A stretch of DNA of 64,000 nt, from assembly GCA_964473815.1 (NCBI GenBank), contig CAYYQK010000001.1, forward strand, positions 881-64,880. Reading direction: 5' to 3'. Below the pieces are notes generated by a model. The model was not told the DNA's origin. It saw only the letters and a program-made list of their open reading frames with translations, and did no database searches. A program made the position numbers and the translations under genes. Positions 18,462-28,692 of this stretch are shown here, one piece after another. Each line of letters begins with the position of its first letter. The first letter of the stretch is position 1. Source of the DNA: an uncultured Candidatus Saccharibacteria bacterium (GTDB lineage Bacteria > Patescibacteriota > Doudnabacteria > UBA920).

Positions 18462-19199
18462 ATGAACAACGCTAAAACAAAATTACAATCTCTTGGTTTC
18501 ACTTCAGGACACGCGCAGTTACTAACCGTAGCTGTTGCGGTTTTCGTCGTGCTCTTTGTTGCGAAGAGTGGAATCAATTGGAAAACAGTTTTTGTACATG
18601 CTGATTCTCAAACACACATGCTAACTTATGATGAAGCTTTAGCACAAGCGCAAAATGAAATCGGCGCAGTTAACCCAAATCAAGATGACGGTTCAGCAGA
18701 ACAAATTGCTTTGCTTGATCGCAGCAACATTGATGGAAAAGTTTTGGGTGATGCAATTGGTGTTGGTGAAATTCCTGACGCTGATCAAATGTTGTTGCCA
18801 GATATTGTGAATCAATTGAAGATAAATAATTCTAACAATGATTCGCAAGCTGCGCGACAGCAATATGTTTCAGCTGTTCAAAAAATTGAAAACGATGCAC
18901 AGATCACAAGTTTGCTCGCAGACTTAAATACAGATGACAAAGACACATTGCGAAGTTCGGCTGACGGGTGGAATTGGACAATCAAACAAATTAGTAATGT
19001 CCCGGTACCACCAAGTTTGCAAAAATATAATCAGGACAAGTTAGTTTACTATTCGGTGATCATGAACATTGCCAAAATTTATGCCGGTGACCAATCCGAG
19101 GATGGCCTGCCATTAATGACAAAAGCAATGATAAGTTACAGCGACAAAATGGATGCATTGCAACAACAATTAAATTCTCAATACAATTTGGGTTTGTAG
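18462..19199 (+). CDS. membrane-anchored hypothetical protein (start set at ATG; the listed ORF begins at TTG 18423, overlapping the upstream gene)
   Basis: N-terminal TM (LLTVAVAVFVVLFVA), then an extracytoplasmic domain. Confidence 0.45.
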   Translation: MNNAKTKLQSLGFTSGHAQLLTVAVAVFVVLFVAKSGINWKTVFVHADSQTHMLTYDEALAQAQNEIGAVNPNQDDGSAEQIALLDRSNIDGKVLGDAIGVGEIPDADQMLLPDIVNQLKINNSNNDSQAARQQYVSAVQKIENDAQITSLLADLNTDDKDTLRSSADGWNWTIKQISNVPVPPSLQKYNQDKLVYYSVIMNIAKIYAGDQSEDGLPLMTKAMISYSDKMDALQQQLNSQYNLGL

Positions 19200-19212
19200 T
19201 TAATATAGAGCG

Positions 19213-21168
19213 ATGAAACTTTTTAATATTAAAAATTTAGCAATTTTGATTCTCACCATCGCAATTGGTGTGAATGTTTTTTTGCCAAACATGACTGTGG
19301 AAGCGCAAAGCATTCCTGGGACTGGTAAAGTTCCTGTTGCTGACAGCGGTGTGTTAAAGGCAATTAATGGATGTGACCAAGGAACTGGTATCGGAACTTT
19401 GGACAATGCAGCTTGTAAGGCGGCAAACGCTTTGATCACTTCTTTAAGAGAAGGTTTGGGTACTGTTTGTGTTCAAGCTTTAGATAAATTATCTACAGGC
19501 GGCGTAAATAGTTTCTTAAGTTCTCTAGGTTCTTCTAGTTTTTCTATAATTGGAGGCAGCGAAGCCGAAGCAACTTTAAATAGTGCCCAGTCAAAAGCAT
19601 TAACTACAGCATATGAATGCGCATCGGGTTATGTTTCGATTTTAAATTCACCTGCGACTGCTGCGAAAATTTCAAATTTAAAAGAGTCACAGGATGTAGC
19701 GCGTGACGAACAAAACTTTACCAGCATTCGCGATGCCTTAGGACAGCGTGTTGATGCAATGAACGCTCGTGCATCAGCAAGTTGGAAAGATGTGCTTAAA
19801 GCCATTATGGTGAAAACCATTTTGAAGCTCAATCAAAATCTCACCACCAGCGTTGTAAATAAATTAGTACAGAATTATAAAATCTCTGATTATTCAAAGT
19901 ATGGTGATGCTTTGGCTACCCAGGTTTACAGCATGAAGTATATCAACGATCATTTTAGTGGTGACGGCGAAACCCAAATGATGATCCGCTCGGTTTTGCA
20001 GTCTGACAAACTTCCAGATAAACTCAAAACAGTGCAGGCTATAGCGCAAACACAGGCTCAAACCTATTTAGGCAAGTCTTGTAATGTTACTTCGGATGCC
20101 GCAGGAGAGCAGGATTTGAACTCATATATCAAATGTTTGGCAGCATATGGTTCTTCTGGGGCAAATCCAGAGTTCCGCGTACAAACAGCGTTAGACAATG
20201 CCCAGGCAGCCAAACAAGCTGGACAAACTAATGCTGCAGCTGAAATCTCGCAGAGCAATGGATTTGTTCCGCCGCGTAATTGTAGCGGTTCAATTACTTT
20301 GCAAAAACAAATTGATGATCAGTTTGACAAAGCAACAAACGATAAATTAATCGCTGAGTCGGCCGCATCCAAGCTCGAACAGGCTTTGAAGCTGGGTAAA
20401 ACCACCCAAGATCAACTTGATAAAGCTAATCAAGCTAAGTCTCAGGCTGAAGCAAATTACGATGCTTTGAAGAAGCAAACAAATAATCCAATTATCGATA
20501 TTTGTGAAAGCATTGCTTCACCTGCCCAGTTTGTATCGTCTACGATTGGTGATTTCTTGAAACAGCATCTAGATCAATCATCAAATTTGAAGAGTGATAA
20601 CTTGCCATTCTATGCGAACTTCCTGTCTGACATGGCTACCAACTTCTTAACCAACATTTTAACCGGCGGCAAGAGCAATACTCAGTTATTAAAAGAAGAA
20701 GGTGCTTTGGGAATTAGTGCCGCCACTGCTGGTTTGCAAGAATCAGTGACTAAAGGCACCAATCCGCTTGGTTTGCCAGGCGGTGGTAGTACTTACCCTC
20801 AAGGACAGTTAAGCATTTACGGATACGATCCAGCGGACTCCAGCTCAGGACGCTTAACTAATTTAACACCAGGCAAAACTTATACAGTTGTAGTAGACTT
20901 CACTCAGTTAATTACTAACAAACCAATCTCAATTGCAATCTCTGCAGGTTCAACTAATATTGCTCGCGACTTAACAAGCAGTGAATTAGGCAACGAACGG
21001 GTTACATTTAATTACACAGCAACAAAAAGTCCGTTAGAAGTTAATGTCACTTTGTATGGCGCAAATAAAGTCTCGCTCGCTACTAGTTCGACAACATTAG
21101 GTGTCACAGGACAGGTAAATGGAGCCACTACAGTTTTACCTCGCGGACCAGCAATCGTGATTCGATAA
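19213..21168 (+). CDS. large secreted protein with coiled-coil segment, hypothetical
   Basis: Signal peptide. Central coiled coil (KLEQALKLGKTTQDQLDKANQAKSQAEANYDALKK). Beta-rich C-terminus. TAATAT 6 nt before ATG. Confidence 0.5.
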   Translation: MKLFNIKNLAILILTIAIGVNVFLPNMTVEAQSIPGTGKVPVADSGVLKAINGCDQGTGIGTLDNAACKAANALITSLREGLGTVCVQALDKLSTGGVNSFLSSLGSSSFSIIGGSEAEATLNSAQSKALTTAYECASGYVSILNSPATAAKISNLKESQDVARDEQNFTSIRDALGQRVDAMNARASASWKDVLKAIMVKTILKLNQNLTTSVVNKLVQNYKISDYSKYGDALATQVYSMKYINDHFSGDGETQMMIRSVLQSDKLPDKLKTVQAIAQTQAQTYLGKSCNVTSDAAGEQDLNSYIKCLAAYGSSGANPEFRVQTALDNAQAAKQAGQTNAAAEISQSNGFVPPRNCSGSITLQKQIDDQFDKATNDKLIAESAASKLEQALKLGKTTQDQLDKANQAKSQAEANYDALKKQTNNPIIDICESIASPAQFVSSTIGDFLKQHLDQSSNLKSDNLPFYANFLSDMATNFLTNILTGGKSNTQLLKEEGALGISAATAGLQESVTKGTNPLGLPGGGSTYPQGQLSIYGYDPADSSSGRLTNLTPGKTYTVVVDFTQLITNKPISIAISAGSTNIARDLTSSELGNERVTFNYTATKSPLEVNVTLYGANKVSLATSSTTLGVTGQVNGATTVLPRGPAIVIR

Positions 21169-21210
21169 GTCAGTTGAAAAACTGAAGATAAAATTTTTCT
21201 AAAGTTTTTT

Positions 21211-21240
21211 AAAAGCCACCCTCCTTAGGGTGGTTTTTGA
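21211..21240 (+). terminator. rho-independent terminator
   Basis: ccaccct-cctt-agggtgg hairpin followed by T5. Lies after the 19213 gene and before an extended -10 TGtggTATAAT at ~21293. Confidence 0.55.
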
Positions 21241-21350
21241 TTAATTTTTTATATCCCCAGACCAACTTGCAAGAGTTTGGGTTTTTGGGGGTCTATGTGG
21301 TATAATAATCATAAGGATTTCAGATTTTAGACCCTCTTTTAGACCTACTT

Positions 21351-24300
21351 TTGACCTCTAAACTTGTGTTCACGAAACAAAGACAAAATTTAAAATTTTA
21401 TAAGAAAATAAAGCAATTTTTCCTACTATTTTTGACCTTAATCCAGGCCAGTTTTTTGTTTTTGAGCATTTCGCCGCTTATTTCTAAAAACGCGATAGCC
21501 GATAGCTTGCTGTGTACTTACAGCGCGAATGATGGATCCCCAAGAGGTGCAAACTCTATTTCTATTTCTACATCTTCGATCAAAGATTCCGAAGGAAACC
21601 AGATTGGCATTCAGGGCAGTATCCAGGTTATTTATGAAGCTGGAAATGCTCAAGGCATAGATTACAATAATAGTTTGGTTGCTTGTAGTGCTGATAATCT
21701 AGCGCCATATATCACTTTAATTGAACAAAATACTATCCGTGATAATCAAACCGTTTCTTCGGAATTCAGATTACAAAATGTTGCGGTAAATTCTGCAAAA
21801 ACAAAAGAAGGTGCAAACACCCTTAGTGTAAAAGGTGACTTTAGTATTCCAAATTTAGCGAGTTCGGGTTTAAATATTAATAACTTACAGAGTTATACCA
21901 AAATTCCGGCCTCCAATGTTAGAACCGTATATTTGAACTATAGTACCAGAGAGGGTAGTGGTTCCACCGGCATTACCAAATCTCCTTTTTTAAGTACTGG
22001 CAGAGACACTTATGACGCTAATCGCACTGTAAACTTATATGTTTGTAAGAATGGTACTCTTATTTGCGCAGACGTGAACTCTGGTTCGGGTGGGCCTAGT
22101 GGCGACCCAACAACAACAAACGATTTACAAATTAAATTAGGATCTCTGAAGTTGGGAGTTCGTCCGTCGGTTTCTGGGGTATCAAAGAGTATGACACCAG
22201 ATCCTAAAAAAGCGTTTATTAGAACATACATTGATGAGAATGGTAAGATAGCTGGTTTTAGTTTGGACGCCTTTATCATTCCAGCAGCACCTCCTGATAA
22301 AACTTTATATATTAAAGATGGTTCCAATAACAGTTCAGTTATAATTGGCGATCCAACCAACCTTGCCTTTAGTCCAAAGAAGGTTTTAAACTTGGGGGCA
22401 CAAATATTTAATAAAGATATTTTATTTGATTCTGCGAACAAATACGGCTGTATTAAGAATGACTTCAGTACTAATTATGTAATTGGTAATGAAACCGTGG
22501 TATTTAATTTTTGCAACCCAGCAGTTAAAGATATAGTAAATAATCAGCTGCATGTAAAAACCGATGGTTCGGCCGGTCAAAACTTCACACTAGCTTTAAA
22601 TGACACATTACTTAAGGGTTTGTTAGCATCCAATCAAGTAAAATGTACGGACCCAAAAACAGGTGAGGGATGTGATGAGACCTTAAATAAAATTCAAATT
22701 GCTCCACTTTTGAGCATAGAGAAGGCGCCTACAGCAGACACTACTTGGACTTCATTTTTTTCCAAATTACCCCAAGTAGTTGGGCAATACTTGTTAGACT
22801 CAGGGTCGGTTCCTCTTACATATACCCCAGCTGATTTTTACATAGAAATATATCCATCTAAGGCAGCTTTTGATAAGCATATTAACGATCCACCTCCGGC
22901 CGCAGTACCAGATATTCAAGATGTCGTAAGTACGGCGCAAGCAGGAACACAATCGACCGCACAAACTCTTTATGCGTTCATTGTCCGGATAATTTCAAGT
23001 ATTGTTGTTTGGCTGCAATCAATAATTTATCGAATTTTTGCTTACATTGTAGTACCTATTTTGAAAGCATTATTGAGCGTCCGTCCATATCAAGATGTAT
23101 TTGTAAATATTATCTACCCTGGCTGGTTAATTTTACGTAACTTAGCTAACATTTTCTTCATCCTTTCTCTTCTAGTTGTAGGATTAAGGATTTTGTTTCA
23201 GCAATCAGCTTCTGGAGCGGCAAGAGGGTTTATTATTAGGCTCGTGCTAATGGCGTTGCTGGTTAATTTTAGTTTAGTCATTGCTCAAGGCATTGTTGCT
23301 GTTGCAGACACGGTACAGTCACAATTCTTGCCAGCTAATTCTCGTGTAATTGAAGCTCTGGGCGCCAAGCTTATGGTTGAACCTTTGAAGAATTTCAATG
23401 AGGAAGTAGATAATAAAACTAGTATCACAAACTTAAATGCGGACCAGTCGCAGCTTGCTTTAGCTGATACTGTTAAGCCGTTGGTGTTGTTGATCTTATC
23501 AGTAGCGTCTTTCTTCTCCTTCTTGGCCATTGCAGCATTTTTGCTAGTTCGATTGGTGGCTTTATGGGTGCTATACATGACATCACCAATAGCGTACGTC
23601 GGTTTAGTTATGGGCGAGACCAGTTCGTATGCCAAGCAATGGTGGAATGAGTTTATCCATTATGTAATCATGACTCCGGTTCTGGTGTTCTTCTTAAATA
23701 TTGCTGCTCTTATGGCGATCGCCTTTTCTGGTTCGAATGATACACTCTTTAAATTCAATCAGGATAATACTCTATCTGGTGACGTTGTGATTGGCACCTT
23801 AACGATCCTCACCCACTTTATTGTTTTGGCAGTCATTTATGCAGGTATGAAATATGCCAGCAAGATGGGTGGAGCAGCAGGTAAAACAATTGTTAAGTAT
23901 GCACAAAAAGGATTTCAAAATACTTTCAAAAAACCATACCAATGGGGCAAAGCAGCTGCGATGCCAACCAAAGATTTTGTTGGAGATAAGGCTTCTGTTG
24001 GAATGGGTAAATTATTTGGCAGCAGAGCAGAAAATGTTACTCAGGCATTATTCAAGCCAAAAGATGCTTTGAGTAGTTTGAAACGTGGCATGCTAGATCG
24101 TCCTGGTGAAGACCGAAAGAAGCGGGAAAAGAAGCGCTTGGGCACGATTGATGACCAGGCTTACAAGATTATGAACAACAAGTGGAAGGCAGCAAAATAC
24201 GCGGCTTCTACACTTGCCGGCAATGGTCCTAAATTTGCTTATGGGCAAGGCTCTGCCAAAGTTGACGAGTCCCAGATATTAACAGACAAAGAATGGCAGG

Positions 24301-25514
24301 CAGCCCAGAATGATCTCACTAAAAACAAAACTGCCTTTGACGCTGCTAATGGAAGAAAAGAAGATTTCTATAAAGGATTAGTTGATGAATCGGATATAGA
24401 TAAATCATTAGGTGCACTCCAAGAAACAAAGAGTAAATTAGAAGCTGAAAGAAATGATGCGATTGCAGCTAACGATAACGAACAGGTTCAAAAAATTACT
24501 AATCGCATTGATAAGATCGATCGACTTACAAATGAACTTAATGGCGCAAAAAATGGAGCTGTTAATGGTAAAATTGATTTTAGAAATTTTCAAGATTCTA
24601 TCCCTGATGATTTGCAGGTTGAAGCTTCGGCAGTATTCGACCCAAATCAAATAAATATGGAAATCAACAAGGCTGTTAAAGATGCAGAAGCTGAAAAGAG
24701 TCGCTTGGAAGGTTTGATTCAACAAAATGACGAACGTCGCAAGAAATTTGGATACGGCGATGCAGATCCGGCGGCAGTAGGACACCGGGCCATGATAATT
24801 GCTGAAAGAGTAAGTCTGTCAGATCAGGGAAATAAAGAAATGGCAGATGCCCAAAAGCGATTCCTTGCTCCAAGTTTGGCAGAAAGAGAAGCGCGGGTTT
24901 CCGGCGAAAGAGAGCAGGCTAAAAAAATAGACGAAATAGACGATCCTGAAGAATTGTCAGCGCAATTTGAAGGAGCAATGAAAAAGAATAATATGGCTTT
25001 GGCAACTGCGATTGCGAAAAAAATGGCTAAGGAAGGTAACTTTGATAAGTTGCTGAGTGCTAATGGTTATGAAAATAATTTAAAGTCTTTCCAGGCTTTC
25101 ATGGAAAAACACTTTAAAGATATGGCCCCACAAATCCGCATGCAGATTGCTTCCGAGATAGGTTCTATAGCTGCTCAAAATGGTAACACCACCTTCGTAA
25201 AACCTACCAAAGTTGACCAAGGGGTTATGCGATGGAGTACTGAACAGGAACACCTTGCTGCCAAGCAGAGCAAGATTCAAAGTGCCTCAAGTTATGATTT
25301 GGCGAAGAAAAAGCTTTACGAAATATCCTACCAACAAAATGGTAAAAGCTATCTGGAAAAAGGTGCTATTGATAACTTTAACAGTATGACTCCCGAAAAA
25401 CTTAGAAAATATATTGAACGGAAATCTCCAAAAGAATTAGAGGATTTGAAGAAATTCGAAAATTACAGTTTATTAATGCCTGGTGTGCAGCAATTATTAG
25501 AGTCAAAAAGGTAG
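21351..25514 (+). CDS. giant (1387 aa) polytopic membrane protein: secreted N-domain, ~7 TM helices, long K/E-rich coiled-coil cytoplasmic tail; VirB6/TrbL-like by architecture
   Basis: No ATG is available in the first ~280 codons, so a TTG (21351) or GTG (21366) start is required. TM cluster at aa ~530-830. C-terminal 550 aa charged coiled coil. Confidence 0.5.
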   Translation: MTSKLVFTKQRQNLKFYKKIKQFFLLFLTLIQASFLFLSISPLISKNAIADSLLCTYSANDGSPRGANSISISTSSIKDSEGNQIGIQGSIQVIYEAGNAQGIDYNNSLVACSADNLAPYITLIEQNTIRDNQTVSSEFRLQNVAVNSAKTKEGANTLSVKGDFSIPNLASSGLNINNLQSYTKIPASNVRTVYLNYSTREGSGSTGITKSPFLSTGRDTYDANRTVNLYVCKNGTLICADVNSGSGGPSGDPTTTNDLQIKLGSLKLGVRPSVSGVSKSMTPDPKKAFIRTYIDENGKIAGFSLDAFIIPAAPPDKTLYIKDGSNNSSVIIGDPTNLAFSPKKVLNLGAQIFNKDILFDSANKYGCIKNDFSTNYVIGNETVVFNFCNPAVKDIVNNQLHVKTDGSAGQNFTLALNDTLLKGLLASNQVKCTDPKTGEGCDETLNKIQIAPLLSIEKAPTADTTWTSFFSKLPQVVGQYLLDSGSVPLTYTPADFYIEIYPSKAAFDKHINDPPPAAVPDIQDVVSTAQAGTQSTAQTLYAFIVRIISSIVVWLQSIIYRIFAYIVVPILKALLSVRPYQDVFVNIIYPGWLILRNLANIFFILSLLVVGLRILFQQSASGAARGFIIRLVLMALLVNFSLVIAQGIVAVADTVQSQFLPANSRVIEALGAKLMVEPLKNFNEEVDNKTSITNLNADQSQLALADTVKPLVLLILSVASFFSFLAIAAFLLVRLVALWVLYMTSPIAYVGLVMGETSSYAKQWWNEFIHYVIMTPVLVFFLNIAALMAIAFSGSNDTLFKFNQDNTLSGDVVIGTLTILTHFIVLAVIYAGMKYASKMGGAAGKTIVKYAQKGFQNTFKKPYQWGKAAAMPTKDFVGDKASVGMGKLFGSRAENVTQALFKPKDALSSLKRGMLDRPGEDRKKREKKRLGTIDDQAYKIMNNKWKAAKYAASTLAGNGPKFAYGQGSAKVDESQILTDKEWQAAQNDLTKNKTAFDAANGRKEDFYKGLVDESDIDKSLGALQETKSKLEAERNDAIAANDNEQVQKITNRIDKIDRLTNELNGAKNGAVNGKIDFRNFQDSIPDDLQVEASAVFDPNQINMEINKAVKDAEAEKSRLEGLIQQNDERRKKFGYGDADPAAVGHRAMIIAERVSLSDQGNKEMADAQKRFLAPSLAEREARVSGEREQAKKIDEIDDPEELSAQFEGAMKKNNMALATAIAKKMAKEGNFDKLLSANGYENNLKSFQAFMEKHFKDMAPQIRMQIASEIGSIAAQNGNTTFVKPTKVDQGVMRWSTEQEHLAAKQSKIQSASSYDLAKKKLYEISYQQNGKSYLEKGAIDNFNSMTPEKLRKYIERKSPKELEDLKKFENYSLLMPGVQQLLESKR

Positions 25515-25520
25515 TAAAAT

Positions 25521-26720
25521 ATGGAACCGCAAGAATTCCAAAATTTAATATTCCAAGCTATAAATTCTGATGACTCGGCAGCAGCCATTCAGGTTTTAGT
25601 GGCGCATAAAAATGACCCGTCTTTAGAATTGCCTCAAAATGTTGAACTTCAAATGAAGTACATTCGCATGATGAGTTTAACTGGTGAACAGCTCGTCAGC
25701 TTGATGAAACAATCCGTTTTGGCAGCCTACTCGATCCCTGAATTTGATTTGGTTGAAAAAATCAAAACCTATCTTACTCAAATGGATGATACTTTCGGTG
25801 AGATTAATCTGATTAGAAGCATTATTACTATTTTGGAAAATAGTGAAGAGATTTTGGGTAAGGGCACAATTGAAATGAAGGAAGGACCTGCCAAACCAAC
25901 AATTAAAAATTGGATTGAAGATTACCTCTCACTTTCTACATTAGAAAACGAAAAAAATGCTTTCACTGAACTCCAATACATAAATACATCTCAAAACGCA
26001 AAAGCGCTAACTACCGTTCAGGAAAAGGAAATTCTGAAGAACATTCTTAAATTAATCGATTACTGCATCGATATTAATGATCTGTGGGAGTCTGAGCCAA
26101 CACCTAAAACAGAAGCTGACGCCTACCCTGACTTTGATCTGTATAAATTTATTCCTGGCGTACGGGAGTATCTGGAAGATGAAGATATTCCACAAACTGA
26201 AGCCCCTCAACAACCCCAAATGCCCCATTTTGCGGAAGATTTGCCAACGGGTCATTATGTTGACGGTTTAAAACCGGAGTATACTGCTCCAAAGTTTTCA
26301 CACATAGCCAAAGATTTGCCTAATAATCAATATATAGATGAAATCTCGAGACCTGAGCCTCAAGAACCAAAATTGGCTGGTCAGCTCTCAGGTCAGCAGC
26401 CACCGGTAAACAAGAGTTCGACATTGCAAGGCTTAGCGAAACCAGCCCCTGTGTTGAACCAAATCTCTGGTAACAGGTCTGCAATGCCTGCAAATGATCA
26501 GGCAAAAATTCGTGAGTTACTCAACAATAAAAGCGCCGCTGATATTTCCGAACTTATCAAAAAAGCCACTCCTGTTCAAAAGCCGGGCGTTGTTAAAGAT
26601 GACACAAATATAAGTTTAAAAGATGAAAAAGAAAGACTGGAAAAAGCTCGCACCGAGCAGATTGATAGCATTGCTCAAAAGTTAGAAGATTTGCGCAACC
26701 GCCAAAAACAAAAGCAATAA
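25521..26720 (+). CDS. hypothetical cytoplasmic protein with tandem DLPxxxY(V/I)D repeats and a Q/P-rich region
   Basis: FAEDLPTGHYVDGLKPEYTAPKFSHIAKDLPNNQYIDEI internal repeat. No TM. Confidence 0.5.
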   Translation: MEPQEFQNLIFQAINSDDSAAAIQVLVAHKNDPSLELPQNVELQMKYIRMMSLTGEQLVSLMKQSVLAAYSIPEFDLVEKIKTYLTQMDDTFGEINLIRSIITILENSEEILGKGTIEMKEGPAKPTIKNWIEDYLSLSTLENEKNAFTELQYINTSQNAKALTTVQEKEILKNILKLIDYCIDINDLWESEPTPKTEADAYPDFDLYKFIPGVREYLEDEDIPQTEAPQQPQMPHFAEDLPTGHYVDGLKPEYTAPKFSHIAKDLPNNQYIDEISRPEPQEPKLAGQLSGQQPPVNKSSTLQGLAKPAPVLNQISGNRSAMPANDQAKIRELLNNKSAADISELIKKATPVQKPGVVKDDTNISLKDEKERLEKARTEQIDSIAQKLEDLRNRQKQKQ

Positions 26721-26724
26721 TTAT

Positions 26725-27507
26725 ATGTTTAACGCAAAACGTATCGAAGATATTCGTAATCGAATACAAACGAGCACCTTGCTTACTGACCACGAGAAAG
26801 CAGATTGGTTAAACTTGCTCGAGTTGATGAACGATAAGCAACTCACAGAGTTAGAAGAAATTTTAGATAGCAAGATCCAGGCAAATGCTATAATTCCGCC
26901 TCAACCTTCAGCACCGCTCTCCCCGCAACCAATGCCTGTACCAGAACCTGTCTCTCCAGAAAATGTTAAAGAAGCAGTAAAAGATGGTGTACAAGAAATT
27001 CTTACTGAAGAAATCCCTGCACCAGAATCAGTTGCAAATATCACTGCGCCACAACCAGCGCCAGCACCGATCCCACATACTTCTGCAATGCCACCGCTAA
27101 GCCATCTGGCAAACATCCCTTCTGGATTAGAAAATTCTGGCACAGCAGGCTCTATAAATACATCCACACCTGAAGGTATCGAACCACCTCTAGCCCCAGC
27201 TCCCGTCTCGCATACTAAAGAACACGGCACGCAAGTATTTCTACTGGACCGCTACGAAAATCTGGCCAATTTAAATATTGGTTCACTTCGGGCGCACGAC
27301 TGGGAATCGATTACCCGCCAAGTTAAGCGAGTTACCCAAGAGCATGGTTATTTCAAAGTTTTACACTTAATTGAGGCTAGTCCTTTGTTCAGTACTTATA
27401 TTAAATCTGGCCTTATGCGCTTGAATGGACAAGAATCAGAAATGACACAGGAAGAATTCGAATTTATGGCTGATTTACTCAATCACATGCGAATCAATCG
27501 ATGGTAA
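26725..27507 (+). CDS. proline-rich hypothetical protein
   Basis: PAPAPIP/PQPSAP low-complexity centre. Structured C-terminus. Confidence 0.45.
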   Translation: MFNAKRIEDIRNRIQTSTLLTDHEKADWLNLLELMNDKQLTELEEILDSKIQANAIIPPQPSAPLSPQPMPVPEPVSPENVKEAVKDGVQEILTEEIPAPESVANITAPQPAPAPIPHTSAMPPLSHLANIPSGLENSGTAGSINTSTPEGIEPPLAPAPVSHTKEHGTQVFLLDRYENLANLNIGSLRAHDWESITRQVKRVTQEHGYFKVLHLIEASPLFSTYIKSGLMRLNGQESEMTQEEFEFMADLLNHMRINRW

Positions 27508-27529
27508 ATATGGTATAATATATTGAAAC

Positions 27530-27991
27530 ATGCAATTTCCAGTTCCACAATTTACTGATGTAGAGGACCGCATTATTGGCGGATTATCGTTTAAGCAGTT
27601 CGGCATTGTGTTTGCTGCTGCTGTTTTTACTTTTGTGATGTATATCATCAGTAACAAAAATATTCCCGTTGCGATCGTTACTGGAATTGTGACTGGTGTC
27701 CCGGCTTTAGCATTAACTTTTGGCAAATTAAATGGTCGACCGCTCTATGCCAGCGCTGGTAACTTCGTAAAATATTTATTTGGCGCCAAAATTTACGTTT
27801 TTCATAAACAAGGCCAGACAATTTCTGAAACAGATAAAACCGCTGTAATAGTAGAACAGCAACCTGAACCAAAAGATCCAAAAGCGACTACGATCAAAAT
27901 AAAGGAATTAAATTATTTACTGCAACAACAAGCATCGGAAGAAAATATGTTGCTGCAACGTATCCGTGAAAATAAGGCCGCTGCTAAATAA
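27530..27991 (+). CDS. small two-TM membrane protein in the VirB3/PrgI-like position upstream of VirB4
   Basis: Two hydrophobic helices. Extended -10 TGgTATAAT 10 nt before ATG. Confidence 0.45.
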   Translation: MQFPVPQFTDVEDRIIGGLSFKQFGIVFAAAVFTFVMYIISNKNIPVAIVTGIVTGVPALALTFGKLNGRPLYASAGNFVKYLFGAKIYVFHKQGQTISETDKTAVIVEQQPEPKDPKATTIKIKELNYLLQQQASEENMLLQRIRENKAAAK

Positions 27992-27996
27992 ACAAA

Positions 27997-28692
27997 ATGG
28001 CAAATACCAAAACAAAAAAAACTATTGGCAGTCCGACGCAGAGCTTTTTGAGGGTGGCCGAAATTCGCGATGACACCATAATTATGGACGACGGCACTTT
28101 GCGCGCGGTATTGACTGTGTCGAGTACAAATTTTGATTTAAAAAGTGAAGAAGAACAAAACGCTTTGATTTATAGCTATCAAAGATTTTTGAATTCTTTA
28201 GAGTTTCATATTCAGATTGTATTGCAAAGTCGCAAGATGGACATCAATGAATACACAGAAAAGTTGAAAGGCTTAATGGAACGCCAAACCAATGAACTAC
28301 TACGTATGCAAACCACAGAGTATATTGAGTTCATTAACCGTTTAGTTGAGTCAGCCAACGTGATGAGCAAAAATTTCTATGTGATCGTACCCTACGAAAG
28401 TAGTTTAAATTCAACTGTTTCGGTTGGTTTCTTTAGTCGGATATTAGGAACTGGCAAAGTTCAGCAACTTGAAGCAAAAAGTAAGGCGTTTGCTGACTAT
28501 CGAAAAGCATTAAGCGAACGCGTTGGTAGTGTAGCAGCAAACTTAGGCAGTGCTGGTTTGCGCGTAGTGCGTCTGAATACTGACCAACTCATCGAACTAG
28601 TTTATAATTCGTACAATTTTGGCGCTGGTCCAACTATCGATGCCAGTCAGTTACCGAAAGTAACCATTACCGAAGAGGAGATTAAAAAATGA
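27997..28692 (+). CDS. hypothetical protein translationally coupled to VirB4-like ATPase; possibly a detached VirB4 N-terminal domain
   Basis: Stop overlaps the next start (ATGA). Combined length 231+614 aa matches a typical VirB4 (~800 aa). Confidence 0.45.
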   Translation: MANTKTKKTIGSPTQSFLRVAEIRDDTIIMDDGTLRAVLTVSSTNFDLKSEEEQNALIYSYQRFLNSLEFHIQIVLQSRKMDINEYTEKLKGLMERQTNELLRMQTTEYIEFINRLVESANVMSKNFYVIVPYESSLNSTVSVGFFSRILGTGKVQQLEAKSKAFADYRKALSERVGSVAANLGSAGLRVVRLNTDQLIELVYNSYNFGAGPTIDASQLPKVTITEEEIKK

